From positions 62,001-126,000 of the forward strand of contig JAVKOQ020000052.1 in the NCBI GenBank assembly GCA_031835245.2: DNA of 64,000 bases, read 5' to 3'. The notes beneath the pieces were generated by a model. It was not told the origin of the DNA and ran no database searches. It worked only from the letters and a program-made list of their open reading frames with translations. The translations under genes were made by a program, and so were the position numbers. Positions 48,074-63,272 of this stretch are shown here, piece by piece (positions within the stretch are counted from its first letter, which is position 1; each line of letters starts with the position of its first letter). Source of the DNA: Balamuthia mandrillaris (taxonomy: Eukaryota).

Positions 48074-48269
48074 ATCCTCTTCTTGTATAAAAATTTGCTT
48101 TCATTCACAAAGGTCTTTTCCTTAAGTCCATCAAGTTGGTGTCCATTATGCTGTTTCCTTATCAGCCTTATCACTGCTATTGGCAATCTCTTCAAAAGAA
48201 AATGCACCCAGAAGCAACCAACCAAATTATAGCTTCATTTTTTCATAAAATCTAAAAATATGTATAAAA

Positions 48270-49671
48270 ATGCTCAAGAATGACTCTGTCCCAGGAAGTG
48301 GCAATGTGATAGCTAAGCTACTCAAACTCAAAGATGGCTACAACCTTTCTTTCCTCCTTGACTCCCTCAATGAAGCCCATAAAAGAAAGAACTGCCACAA
48401 GAATAAAACATCACAAAAATATTTCCAATCTTTAATGGTGGCAACCCATATATATATTATATGGGTTGCAAAGAACTACAGACTAATTGCTTAATGCCCA
48501 ATTATCTAACCGATATAAACCACTAAAAAAGAAATATTATCACCATTATTGCTGATGTAGATGACATTGTCCTCCTGGCAGACTCAACAGAAAAGATTAT
48601 CACATTCTTTGAATATCTTCACCTCTTTTTCAAACTATTTCATCGACATCAATCCAAAGAAAACTGCATTCTCTTTCATCAATGACAAAACTGGAAACTC
48701 CTACATATCTTAATAATAGAACTAAGCTCTTCTCATCAATAACATAGCCCTCAGACAAGTAGAGTACATCACCTATACCCATAAACTCGTCCCATATATA
48801 GCAGTTGCCAAAAAATACAACAAAGTGATTCTTACTTTTTGACAAAGAAGAAAATCAACTCATCAACCTTGGTTGGTGAGGTTCTATCTTGCTTTTAGTT
48901 ATCAATGTTGTGTTTTAAGAGTTGGGACAAGAAGAATCTTTATCAGAGTACCCCATCAACAAAGGTGTCCCATTTTATGTGATGTTGGCTGGGACATTTA
49001 GCTTGAAAGAAACAGTGGAGGCTGTGCCCTCTTGGGAGTAGGAGCCATCTGTCAATAATTGCACAAGAGCTGTCTTCAAGGGTTTGTTGGAGAGAGAGTA
49101 GTGAGGTGAAGTATTGAGTTTTTTTGTTTTCTTTGCTTCAATGAGTGTACTTGAAGCTATTCTTTGTTGAGATGTTGTAAAATAAGAACGGGAATGATGG
49201 TGGAGACAAAGTAAGTACAAGACCTGAACTTAATTTACTAAAAGTGAAGAGTACAAGTGATAGTCAAGTATCTTGTGTTTTGTTGTAAGTTGTCCCAAGA
49301 GGAAAAAGAAGAAGAAGCAAGGAGAGGCAGCATTTAAGTTAGAAGAAAGATCCATAAAAGGGCAAAGCATAAAACAGAAGACAGAGAAAAAGGAAACATC
49401 AAGAAAGGAGAAGGGAAGATGAGAGGTTTCCTCAGGTCGACGGCAGGAAGGAGAAGTCAGCAGAAAGAAAAGAAGAGCTACTATGTTGAGGAAAATGGCA
49501 GTTAAAAGTAACAGCAACCTGCTCATCACTGTCTTCTCCGACAACCTGAGCTGCATCAATGCCCTCAAGAACAGGAACCCAACAACCCCAAGTGGAAGAA
49601 AGGAGCATCCAACGCTCAAACTCATCAACACAGCTGTCCTTGGTCAAATTCCAACACATCTACAGCTTTGA
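48270..49671. mobile_element. Fragments of a second, AT-rich non-LTR family with RT and RNase H
   Basis: Plus strand: SVPGSGNV..KLLK, KNYRLIA, IIADVDDIVLLA...INPKKT. RNase H motifs LLTDGS (minus, ~49050) and ITVFSDNLSCINAL (plus, ~49525). 47022-47357 may belong to the same family. Confidence 0.65.
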
Positions 49672-50824
49672 CGGTTTTCTGTGTGTTTTGTGTCCAGAAT
49701 TTTTGTCAAGTGTTGTCCTTGACGAGGTATTCTGTGGGAGGGTGGTGGAGTTCTTCAAGGAGGGGCCCAGGGGAAGCCAGGAGGCCTGGCCAGCTGGTCC
49801 GCCTGTTCATTGCCTTGTTTTATGATGGCTGCATCTGTGAGAGTGCTTAGTTCTTTGTCGTGGTGTGATTTTCTTTTTCCAATTTTTCTTTTGTTTTTTG
49901 AGCTTTTCCTTTTGGTGGACACCAGGGTTTATTGAACACCCTTTACATGTTTTCAGACATAAGGAGAATTACTTGGAGGATGATCAATTCCTTGACATTG
50001 AGTGGCGTAGAGCACCAATGTACCAGAAGGCGCTACCATCACAACACCTGCTTGTCTCAGATCCAGAGTGACGTCCTGTAATGCATCACTATTCTGGAGT
50101 GCACAGAAATCGCATTCATGCACAAACAAGACAATGGTCGCAACTCTGGCGTGGATCAGTACCATTCAGATCCACAGGGCTCAGCATACTGTGCTGGACA
50201 CATTAGAACCCAGAGCCGTACCCATCAAATGTGTCCCAATATTGATGGCATCATTCGGCTCAGGTGTTACACCTAACGGCAACCCTTCATACCAAGTGTA
50301 GTGTTGGTCGTAACGCCGTTCAGTAGGGTTCCTGTGTAGGCTGCCTTCAGTGCTGGATGATTAACGTTGACGCCCGTCGAGATCATCCCGAGCTTCACTC
50401 CATACCCACGGGTACCAAGTTCCTCATGGACACGATATACCCATGAAATCATAATTTATGGGGTGAGGTTCTTGTTTTGTGAACGGAAGTGGTGGGTCTC
50501 CAAGAAGGTGGTAGCTTAATAGTCGTCTGTTTCTTTAAACAACGAATCTAGCACTAATAGGTTGGGGTGCCAAGGCCAATTAATAAAGTGGAAATATACA
50601 GGCAGCAGCAGCAGCAGCAATAGCAATAGCGGTAGGGCACACACTTCCCTGTGGCTGCCGCGACTGTAGTGGTTGTTACCAGTTACAGGCCAAGCACACC
50701 CCCCTCCCTCCCCTAACTCTTACAAAAGCAAGCCAAGAGCAGAAGGAGAACAAGTCCAAAGGAACAAGTTTCCTCACCGCCGCCACACTACTTCAAACCC
50801 AACGCCTAGAACTCTCCATTCATC

Positions 50825-53638
50825 ATGTCGGAACGACACACGAAGGCCGGGCTAGAAAGTATCCTCTCCGGAGGGATGGACGCCGACGAGCTGTTTGCCC
50901 AGGCGGGAGGGAGCGCCATCGTGAAGCAACAAGCGGCCGTTCCCTCCAAGAAAGAAAAAGAAAGGGTAGCAAAGGAGCGTAAGGACAAAGGCGCAAGTTA
51001 GTAGTTGTCACCTTCTCTCTCTTTCTTCTTTGAGAGCTTCCTCACTCATGAGCCACGTTTGCGGCCCGACACCATGCGTGCATGCACACACCTACATACA
51101 GGCATAAAAGGACTAAAAAGAACCGGCACAAGAATCTTCAACGACCTTGGCAACAAGCTATCCATGCCCTGGAAGAAGGAAGACGGCGCCTCAAGTAGTT
51201 CTCCTCACCTTACTCTATCTTCGCCCTCCAATTTCAGACAGCAAATGCACATCGGGTTCAACCCTACCACTGGTGACTTTGTAGTACGTCTTTTTTTAAT
51301 TTGCTTTTCTTACAATGCATTTGCTCTGCTTCCAGAAATGAAGAAGAAGAAGAAGAAGAAGAAGAACAAGAAGAAGAACAAGAAGAAGAAGAAGAAGAAC
51401 AAGAAGAAGAACAAGAACAAGAACAAGAACAAGAACAAGAACAAGAACAAGAACAAGAACAAGAACAAGAACAAGAACAAGAACAAGAACAAGAACAGCG
51501 TAGAAGAAAAACCAAAGAAGAGCGGTTGCTTAATACAAGTTACCTTGTGCAGGGAATGCCGAACGAATGGAAAGTAATGCTGGAGATGTCCGGCCTTAGC
51601 AAAGATGAGATAAAGAACGATCCAGATACTCTCGTTAGCGTTATGAAGTTTCAGCAAAGTCTATTAAACCCGGTGGAGGAGGAAGCAACACCACCATCAT
51701 CATCAGAGGAAGGAGAAGGTCAAAATGCACCACCTCATCAGGCTACCAACCTACTGCGCGTAGAGAACAGTGATCCACTTACAACCACAGAGCGAGGAGG
51801 TGCTGGTGTCAGTGCAGAAGATGGCAGTGGAGGGGCCAAGACACCCCGTCGGCTGGCCCGGTCTCCACATAAAACTCCAATCCCATCAAAGCCGCTGCCG
51901 CCGCTACCACCGCCATCTGCTACAACAGCGGCCGCTGGGCCTCCCTCTTCGACACCATCCCCAAGGCCACTGCAGCAGCTGCCACCAACAACGTCATCAC
52001 CAAGCGAGGTTCTAGTGCCGCCTCGCCTCCCTCCTCCACCTCTGAGCATACCTGTTGCACCTGCTACCAGCCCCGCGGACTATCGGTACCAGGAAGAGGA
52101 GGATGAGCAGCAGCAACAATCACCACACACAGCTCCCCCTACATTAACAACGCCGCTACCACCATTGAAGCTATCAGCAACATCCCAGGTCAAAGCCACT
52201 CCTCCTCCACCTTCTTCCACTCGCAGGGTTCCTCCTCCTCAACCTAAACGCCCCCAGCAAGAACAACACGAGCAACTTGCTGCTGCACCTCCTACTGTCG
52301 TCACGCGTCCACCCGCGACGAGCCTCGCGAGTTTAGTCTCATCGGGTGATCCCCTCACACTATTTTCCGATATGAGAGTTATTGGGCAAGGGTGAGCCTT
52401 TTAGTTTGTCTTTTTCCGTTATTCTTTCATTGTGATGTTGTTTGTGCCTTCTCTCCTAACGCCAATGTCTCGTCAGAGCTTCTGGGATGGTGTTCAAGGC
52501 TACTGATCTGCGAACCAACAAGAAGGTTGCCATCAAACAAATGGAGATCGCCAAGCAAGTAAAGCCTGAAATTCTAATCAACGAAATTACCATCATGAAA
52601 GAGAGCAAACATCCCGCCATTGTCAACTTCGTGGATGCCTACCTAATAGAGGGCAAACTTTGGGTACGCAGACCCCACCCATCTATACTCATTTATAGTT
52701 CGTAGTTTGGTTAAATTCTCCATATGCGCTGCATTCATCGCACCCATTGGTGTAATGCAATGCAGGTTGTAATGGAACTGGTGGAAGGTGGCTCTCTTAC
52801 TGATGTCATTGAGAATTGTCTCTCTGACATTACAGAACCACACATTGCCAGAATATGTAAAGATACCTTAGAAGGCCTCGTCTACTTGCACACTAGAGAC
52901 AGCCCAATCATTCATCGGGACATCAAAAGCGACAACATCTTGTTAGGGAATGATGGCAGTATCAAGATAAGTACGTTACGTCATTATATTTTCAAGTATT
53001 TTGGCTCCGTCGATGATGACACATATTTTCATCTACCCCAATAACAGCGGATTTCGGTTATGGTGCTCGTATTGGAGGCTCTTATGCGAACAACAGGACA
53101 TCTGTAGTTGGCACAACTTACTGGATGGCCCCCGAGGTTGTGACCGGAAAACAATATACTTGCAACGTGGATGTATGGAGCTTGGGGGTCATGGCTGTTG
53201 AAACTGTTGAAGGAGAACCCCCTTACATGCGTGAAAGCATGCTCAAGGTCCATAAATGCTCCGCTCTATCTTCCTTTTTTACCAACTTCTGCTTCTGCTA
53301 AACTATAACTCCTTTTCTCTAGGCTCTTTTCCTGATAGCAAAGGAAGGCATTCCCCCTTTCAAAAATCCGGAAGGGATGTCAGATGCTCTCCAGGACTTT
53401 ATTCACCAATGTACCATTATGGAAGCAGCGGAGCGTCCAAGTTCTTCTGATATGCTTTCGGTTGGCTTGGCTTCTTCTCATTTAACAAATCTCCTGTTGC
53501 TAACGACGTTGGCTTTCTTTGATTTTCCAACGCACGCAGCATCCGTTTTTAGCGCAGGCATGTTCTCACTCCGACCTTGTGCCGTTGGTTCGCAAAGCTC
53601 AGCAACTCAAGGCTGCTTCATCCCCTTATAGTTCTTAA
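50825..53638 (+). CDS. PAK: p21-activated kinase (PAK/STE20) with CRIB domain and Pro-rich linker, ~8 exons
   Basis: [25 protein letters not shown]. Kinase motifs [41 protein letters not shown] and GEPPY. Confidence 0.93.
51337..51495 (+). repeat. (GAA)n/(GAACAA)n intronic microsatellite
   Basis: Tandem hexamers inside the PAK intron that splits the CRIB/AID region. Confidence 0.9.
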
Positions 53639-54188
53639 TCAAAAAACAAACAACCAGTGCTGTAAAAGGAGCACTCGATTCGTGAGCGCTCATGAATAAG
53701 CTGACGTGGTACCTTACAGGCCGAAAAAAAAAATATCCCCTTCCCCCACAGTCACAGTCTGTGTGTTTACTTTTGAAAAGAAAGAAACGAAAAGAAAAGA
53801 AGAGAAGAAAAGAAAAGAAAACGAGTAGCAGAAAAGTGTCAAGGCGAATGACGAGTACCAAAAGTTTATTGGCGGCAGCAGCAGCATGAGCATCCATTCC
53901 ATTCACCCCACCCCACACCCCAACCCACCACTTTGCCTTCAAAGGCGTGGGAGAAGGAAGGGTTGTTTTGGCGGGAAACATGCTCAATGGCCCAAAAGAC
54001 TAGTGTCGTGATTTCTTTTTTTGTTGTAAAACGTTACAAAAATAACCCCCTTATAAATGGTGTTATTTTTTTGTCGACGATTGAACCCCGCAATTTGTTT
54101 ATAAATGGGAATTTGTGATGTCATGAAATCATGCGCCTTGTTTGCAGCACTGCTAACAACCTCATCGCTCAGCGACTTGCAACGAAAC

Positions 54189-56137
54189 ATGTTTCGTTGT
54201 TCCACAAAACAACGGTTTTGTGCTCCTCCGGAGCTGACTGGACTTGGGCAGCTGCGCAGGCTGCTGCTTCTTCCCTCTGCCCCCCTACGCAGGCTCTCCT
54301 CCTCTTCTTTGGTTTTTGAGGAACACCTCCCCCGCCACAACCACAACAGGACAAGAAGGGGCTTGTTGAAGTTTGTGGACTTGGCAGAGAAAAGAGATGG
54401 CAGAGTGGGGGGCGGCCTTCTCACTAGGCTCGTACGAAAGGCGCGCAACCGTCAGGAAGTAGAGGAGCTGATCGAAGAGGCTACCCACCGGTTCGGCAGC
54501 GTTCCTTGGCAGTTATTGGCGGCGGCCGCTCACGTTAGCGCAGGTTCCCATGTGGATGACCCACGGTTGGCTAGCACACTTTTGTCTCGGATACCAGAGG
54601 TGGAGCTGCCCAACATACGGGAGGGGGTCCTCCGAGCAGTACTGGGAAAAGCCTCCAAGCATCAGAACGCAGCGGTAGCTTTGCAGGCCTTTAACTTGCT
54701 TGTTGCAAGCAAGGAGCCTCTGAGTGCCACCGATTACGCCAGAGTCATTCACAGTGGTGTGGAGCCCCATGCAGAGAGGCAGCTGGTGGAGGAGCTGCTC
54801 CACCAACCCTGTGCTGTGGACTTGGACCCACGTGTGATTGGAGTGTTGTTGAAAGCATGCACTCGAAGACACGACTTTGAGCTTGCGAAGAGGGTGTGGC
54901 AGTGGGCAGCGCCGCGATTGCGAGCCAACTATGGTGATAAAGACTTGGGCTACGTTACTGCCCAATATCTTCTTCTATGTGGGGGGACCGGTGACCTCCC
55001 AACTGCAAAGCAAGTGTGGGAACAAGCAAAGGGCTTGGGCCTGGCGCAACTGCCAGTGGTCACCGGAAGCATGTTTTCAGTTCTTGCAACGCACGGCGCC
55101 GATAAGGAAACCATCGCGCTTCTTAACAACGTATCTCCGGATTCTTTCAACTCGCATATGCTGGTAGCAGCCCTAACAGCCTTCTCTCATGCTGGCAATG
55201 TTGCCTCTGCACATACTTTGGTGGAACAGGTTGAAAGTCGCAACGATGGAACTTCGGTAATCGACTTACGTGCATACACTGCACTCGTGGATGCTTATGC
55301 CAGAAAAGGTGACTTCAAGACAGCCCTCCAGGTCATCGAACAATCCAAGTCTAGAGGTGTGGGCGAAGATGGTGTCATGTGGATGACTGTACTTAGCCCA
55401 TGTCGCCACTTCAAGAACTTGCCCGTTGCTCAACAAGCGTTTGATGCTATTCAGCGGCTGGCTCACCCAGAACACCGTGCAGCAGCTTATGTTCTGATGG
55501 CAGATGTGTACAAGGCCTGTGGAAATGAGCCTGCCGCGCAACGAATGCAAAAGGAGAGGGTAGAGATGGGACTCGCTAAGGAGCGTGGTGCGGTGACTGT
55601 CACTGTTCACGGAACTTCACATGTGTTTCATGTTCGGGAGATCCCTCCCGAGCTTTCACATGCCTCAGAAGCAATCAATAAGAAACTGGAGGAATGGAGT
55701 TTGTGGTTGGGAGCTTGTGGTGTCCCTGACGAGTCCCTCCGCTGCCAGCACAGTGAAAAACTTGCCTTAGCCTACGCAGTCACTCAAGGACTGAAACACG
55801 TTGTGCTACGGAAGAACTTACGCGTATGTTCTGCCTGTCACGAGGCATCCAAGCATCTAACAATACTGGAATCCATCTCCATTTATCATTGGGATAGGTA
55901 AGTGAAGCTTTGTGTTTTTAAGTTCCTCAAAACACATCCCCACACAACTTCTGCTCGGGGTTACCACGTTCGTTGTCGCTCGCGCTGGTGGGACCTCCTC
56001 CTATTCAGAGGACACCACACCAACCACACAAAAATGAATACCACTGATAGACTTCTCACATTGTTTTATTGTTATCCATCAGATCACGCCTGCACGTTAT
56101 GGAAGACGGCAAGTGCTCCTGTGGAGACCACTACTGA
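54189..56137 (+). CDS. PPR protein with E domain and DYW-type cytidine deaminase domain, predicted mitochondrial; exons 54189-55897 and 56083-56137 (in-frame ATGs also at 54105 and 54123)
   Basis: PPR-like helices (AYTALVDAYARKGD, MWMTVLSPC), E motif AYVLMADVY, PG-box-like KERGAVTV...HVF, HSEKLALAYA and KNLRVCSACH. The spliced end is WDRSRLHVMEDGKCSCGDHY*. Confidence 0.92.
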
Positions 56138-56205
56138 TCAGGATGGGTACGGATGGTGTGCATGGCGTGTTCTTCCGTACAAAATTTGGAACAAAACACA
56201 CTTGT

Positions 56206-58727
56206 TTATTCTTTAGCTGCCTCATCCTGCTTTTCAGTGTCCATGGGGGTTTCATTGGAGGCAGCCTCCTTTTCAGCGTCCATGGGGGTTTCCTTGGCAC
56301 CAGCCTCCTCCTTCTTGGGCTCCTCTTTGGGTTCTTCCTTCTTGGGAGCCGGCTTGGGCTTGTTCATGATGGGGCGGCAAAACCTTTCCAAGTTCTCTTT
56401 GCTGTGCAGAATGTCGGAAGAGAGGATAAGAGGAGACTGTGTGAGAGGAGCAGCGTCTTGCTCCGCAAGCTTTGGGAAAACGCTTTCTTCGATCTCGGAG
56501 CATTTGTTGAGGATCTTATCACGGTCTTCCTTGCCTATGTGCACGTATTGCTGGTCAGTGGTGGCGGCAAACGCCTTGGCTGCCTCCAGGCTAGCCTTCA
56601 ACGCAGCCACAGCATCAGGCCTATTTTCAGCCTCCCTCTTGCGCAAGAATATTGGGTCTCCCAACTTCTTAAGTTCCTGAAACCTGGCCACGTAAGCCTC
56701 CTTTGTGGTGTTCTCCCCTTCTCCGTAGAGCCAGTCTTCCGTCTCATTCAGCAGTGCTAAAAAGCTTGCTTTTTCGCTCTCTGTGACAAAGCTAGCAAGC
56801 TCCCCGGAAAGAGAGCTTCGGGTATCATAGACGTAGCTTTCCACGACGTTCTTGGCTTCAGCGGTCTCGCGAACTCTTCGGTCCCGTGCAATTCTTTTAT
56901 TTTCTTCCTCGATGGCCTTGTGAATAGCTTCGGCCTTCATACCCAGCTCTTCCGCGATGATCTTCAAGTCGGTACGCTTAGTCCTTGTTTTGGGCTTGGA
57001 GGCTTCTTGTTTGTTTGCTTCTCCTTCCTTCTTTTCTTCCTCCATCTTATCCTTCTGCGCTTCTGTTGTTGGTGCTGCTTTGGACTCCTCTTCCATAGGC
57101 TCTGCTCCTTCAGCCGGAGCTGCCTGCTGTTCAGAAGAAACTGGTTGCTTCTCGTAAACGGTTTCCACCATTTGGGCGTATTCCACAACGAAGATGCCGT
57201 GCACATTCAGCTTCACTTTGACAACAACAGGAGCAGGCTCTCCTGATTCGGTGGGTGGAACCTCAGGAATGATCCATTTGCCCAATGCTGTCGGCGTGCC
57301 CAATCCCAAGTCCGCAGTAGGGGCATAGCTTGCTCGGAGCTCTGCGGGCTTACCTCGCGGGAAAGTTATCCTCTTGATGTTTGGGATTGTGCAATTCTTG
57401 CTGAAAATCTCGGTTGGCCTGTGCATAGAGTTATTGTCAGTAAGTTAAGCTGCTTGCTCGTTTGCTACTTTGTTGATATACAGGAGAGGAGAGCAGAGGA
57501 GAGGAAGAGAGAGAAGGGAACTACAAACTCTTCAGTATCCATAGAGTCATTTGCAAGTGTCTTCCAAACGAGGTTGATCGGATAATAGTTTGCATCCTCT
57601 ACTTTGAACTCTCGCACCTTAAACACAGGACTCAAAATAGCACATTGCAAAGCACATCCTTTGGCGACGATCTCTTCGGCGTTAACAGTCCTGCTCCAGT
57701 CCTTTCCCAAGGCCTCTCTCACAATAGTGCCGACCAAAGGGATACGAGAGCCACCACCCACCAACTCGATGGTAGTGATTTGCTCAGCTGAAATGCCGGA
57801 TTCTTGCAAAACGTTCTTGATGGGGGCGCCAATGCGTTCCTTCAAAGGTTCCACCATTTTTTCAAACTCTTCTCTGGATGAGTTTGTTCAGCGTGGTGAG
57901 CATTGTGTCCGTAATAAACAAATCATTAAAAAGACAAAGAAAAACCCTACCTGGAAATCATACTAGAAACATCTCTGTCCTCCATGAGGCTCTCCACGTT
58001 AAGAGGCGCCTGAGAGTTGGCGCTGAGGACCCGCTTCACCCTCTCGCAAGCAATTTCAAGCCGTACCATGGCGCGGGTGTTCGATTTGATGTCAAGCTTG
58101 TATTTGCTGCTGAACTCTTTGCAAAAGTGCTCCAGAAGAGCTCTGTCAAAGTTGCGGCCACCGAGAGAGCGATCGTGGGCAGAGGCCACCACTTTCAGCT
58201 TTCCTTTGGTGTAGGCCACGAGGGAGCAGGAGGTGCTGGAATCACCCATGTCATAAAACATGACATAAAGGGGGTCCTTTTCAGGCAAGTCTGTCTTGTA
58301 AATGCCATAGGAAAGGGCGGTGGCGGTCAGCTCGTTCATCAGACAGAGTGGGTTTAGCTGTGCAATGTGAGCCGCGTCCATCAACGCTTTCCTCTGAGCG
58401 ACAGTGAACCAGCCTGGCACGCTAAGCACCACATCCTTCACCAAAGTGCCTAACGCATTCTCTGCTGTCTCTTTGAGGTGAGCCAGCAGCATGCCCGTCA
58501 GTTCCTCCGGCGTGAACGTGGTTGGCTCATCGTTGAACATGACTTCAATTCCGATGTTACCGTTTTCTATCTCCTTCACTTTGAATGGCAAATAAGGCAA
58601 TTCTTCTTGCAGCTCGTGTTCCGTCCATTTTCTTCCGATAAGACGCTTTATTTGAGACACTGTGTTTTTCACGTTTCGCGTATACTGAAAGTCCAACGTT
58701 AGCACCTGTTCACTGCCACTGAGGAGG

Positions 58728-58772
<45 letters not shown>

Positions 58773-59049
58773 GGCATTACCAAGGTAAATGCGGACTCGC
58801 CAATAAAACGCTCGCTTCCGTTGAAACCAACCATGCAACTGCTCGCAGCAACGCAATTAGAATAGTTGAGAAGAGGACATACAACAGTATGAGTACAAGT
58901 TGCGGAAGGAGAGAAAAAGGGGAACAGAGGGCGAGAACGTACGGCGTCTTCCTGTTCGAAACTTCATTTGTGAGAATGTCAATGCCTCCCTTCCGGGCGG
59001 CAGCAATGATGCAGTTTCTGTTTCCCAAGTCAAAGCCAAGTACCGACAT
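56206..59049 (-). CDS. HSPA4: Hsp110/Sse (HSPA4-like) chaperone, ~5 exons
   Basis: MSVLGFDLGN, NEVSNRKTP, LMNELTATALSYGIYKTDLP, KGCALQCAILSP, AKNVVESYVY and EDWLYGEGE. Confidence 0.95.
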
Positions 59050-59185
59050 TTGCAGCGGAGTTGTGTGTGTGTATACGTGCCAATGCGGAATAAATAAATA
59101 AATAAATGCGGGGCAGTGAAAGCACCTAGTCCAGTAACGAGGTGAGTGTGTGTGTCACTTTAGGGGAGTGTTGTTGTTGTTAGCT

Positions 59186-59341
59186 CTTCTGTTCTAGAAG
59201 AAGGTTAGAACAGAACAACGCTCTCTCCGTTCTCTCCCAAAAGCAGCGAAACACGTCATCTGAAAACTGGGCGACAGCCGGCGGAAAACACCAAACTCCG
59301 TTCCTCCATTCCTACAAATTCCCGGAACTTCCTGGAAATTT
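59186..59341. promoter_or_regulatory. Heat-shock-element-like and GAS-like motifs in the Hsp110/PHAF1 divergent promoter
   Basis: GTTCTAGAAG at 59191-59200, TTCCCGGAA at 59319-59327 and TTCCTGGAA at 59329-59337. Confidence 0.5.
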
Positions 59342-59497
59342 CAATTAAATATTGAGATCTAAATCGATGATCAAGATGGATCTGTCGACAATTAAACCCA
59401 AAGAGCACAAAGAAGCAGAAAGAAAAGCAGAGGGGCTTGTGCGCGTGGATAAGGTTGTGGTAGCCAGAAGCCAAGAGAGATTATTACAAGGTTCGTC

Positions 59498-61822
<2,325 letters not shown>

Positions 61823-62122
61823 AGGCCCGGACACCAGTCAGCTTGATAGAGGGCAGCACTGGGAATTCTTTCCCTTAAAAGTGGATGGATGTGGGTATGA
61901 ATGAATGCCTGCGTTGAGCTTGTACATAGCAATATCACTACTTCCTCATTGCAAATAATTGGTTAGGGTGGCGTTACTGCCTGCCGAAAGCTGCTACAGA
62001 GAGGGGAGAGAGAGAAGGAACGAAGAACGAAGAAGAGAAGGGAACAAAACGAGAGAAACGCGGAGAAGTAGGAAGGGGTCGAAAGGGCTGCATATTTATG
62101 TTGCACGGACAAAGAAATGGCG

Positions 62123-62167
<45 letters not shown>

Positions 62168-62169
<2 letters not shown>

Positions 62170-62695
62170 AAACTTTGAGGGCAAAGGCCATGGCCTCGTA
62201 GACTTCGAGACCGATGGAGGCAAGGGCTTTTTCATTGTCATCCTTAGCGGTAGCATACTTGTGCTTGTACTCTTCGAGGGCTTGTTTGACGGCTTGGGGG
62301 TCCAACTGGTCAAGAGGCACAGCTTCCACAGCGTTGATGTCACAGGTAGTGTCCTTGATGGTGGCAAAACCGCCGCTCACAAAATATTCCGCGTCTCCTC
62401 TGTCGCTTCCCACCACTGAGACGGTGCCAGGAACGAGCTCGGTGACCATAGGAATGTGGTAGGGGTGAACTCCCATCTCTCCAGAGGCAGCAGGGAGGGT
62501 GACCATTTTCACCTTCTCTCCGTTGATGGGGGTGGAGTGAGGGCAAGCCAGAGTAAGGCTCAGTCTGTCTTCAGTCATGTCGGCATAGCCACGGGCGAAT
62601 GCAGGTGGCAAGCGGCCAGCCTTGCTAAAGCTGATCAGTCTGTTCGCCACAACAGGAGTCCTGGCTCCAAGTCCTACAAGTCCGCTCCGCAACAT
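62168..62695 (-). CDS. ATP5F1D: Mitochondrial ATP synthase F1 subunit delta, intronless
   Basis: Presequence ending RGYA, then LPAASGEMGV..HIP..TELVPG, YFVSGGFA and INAVEA. Confidence 0.93.
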
Positions 62696-63272
62696 CGTCG
62701 TTAAGAATCTTGCACTTGGGGGGGGGAGGGGGAAAAAGTAGCGGTGGTCGGCTTTTTTTTTTTTGCTTCCTCCGCTACAATTGCTATTCTTCCGTGGTGC
62801 TGCTGCAATACGATAATGTCGTCCACGGCTACGCTGTTCAGGCACGAAGAGATCGTTCCCTTCGTGTCAATAACTGATGCATCACAAAACCATAATGCAA
62901 AGGGCAGGCCTCTTGGCCCAATGGGGAGCCTTGTGCTGATGTCACCGCTGCAAATTTTTTTTTTTGCTTGGTTTATAATTTTTCTTAAGTGCAAAGGGGG
63001 GGTAGCGCAGGCCAGCAGCTGCCCTATTATTTTTCTTTTTTTCCGTCTTTAAAGAAGCAGCAGCACAGTGTAAAAAGGGCCAACAACAAGGTGCGGCAAC
63101 TCGTCCTTCCCTTCACTTCTTCCAAACTCCTTCCTCAGTATCCTCCACTTTTTTTGGTTATTCGCCTTATTCCTGTTGTCACTTTTATAAAGGCCTATTC
63201 AGTGTATTTTTAAAGTGAAAAAAAAATCTGTGGTTCACATTCTCACGGAATCCAATCCTATCTCACAGGAAA

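Noticed and set aside
44680..49450. Direct repeats at 44680 and 49170 as an LTR pair
   Set aside because: Divergent, with no TG..CA ends, PBS or PPT seen, and the interior is LINE debris rather than gag-pol.
51301..51550. Poly-EQ stretch in frame with PAK
   Set aside because: It lies between a GT donor (~51284) and the AG at ~51552; removing it restores the CRIB-GMP motif.
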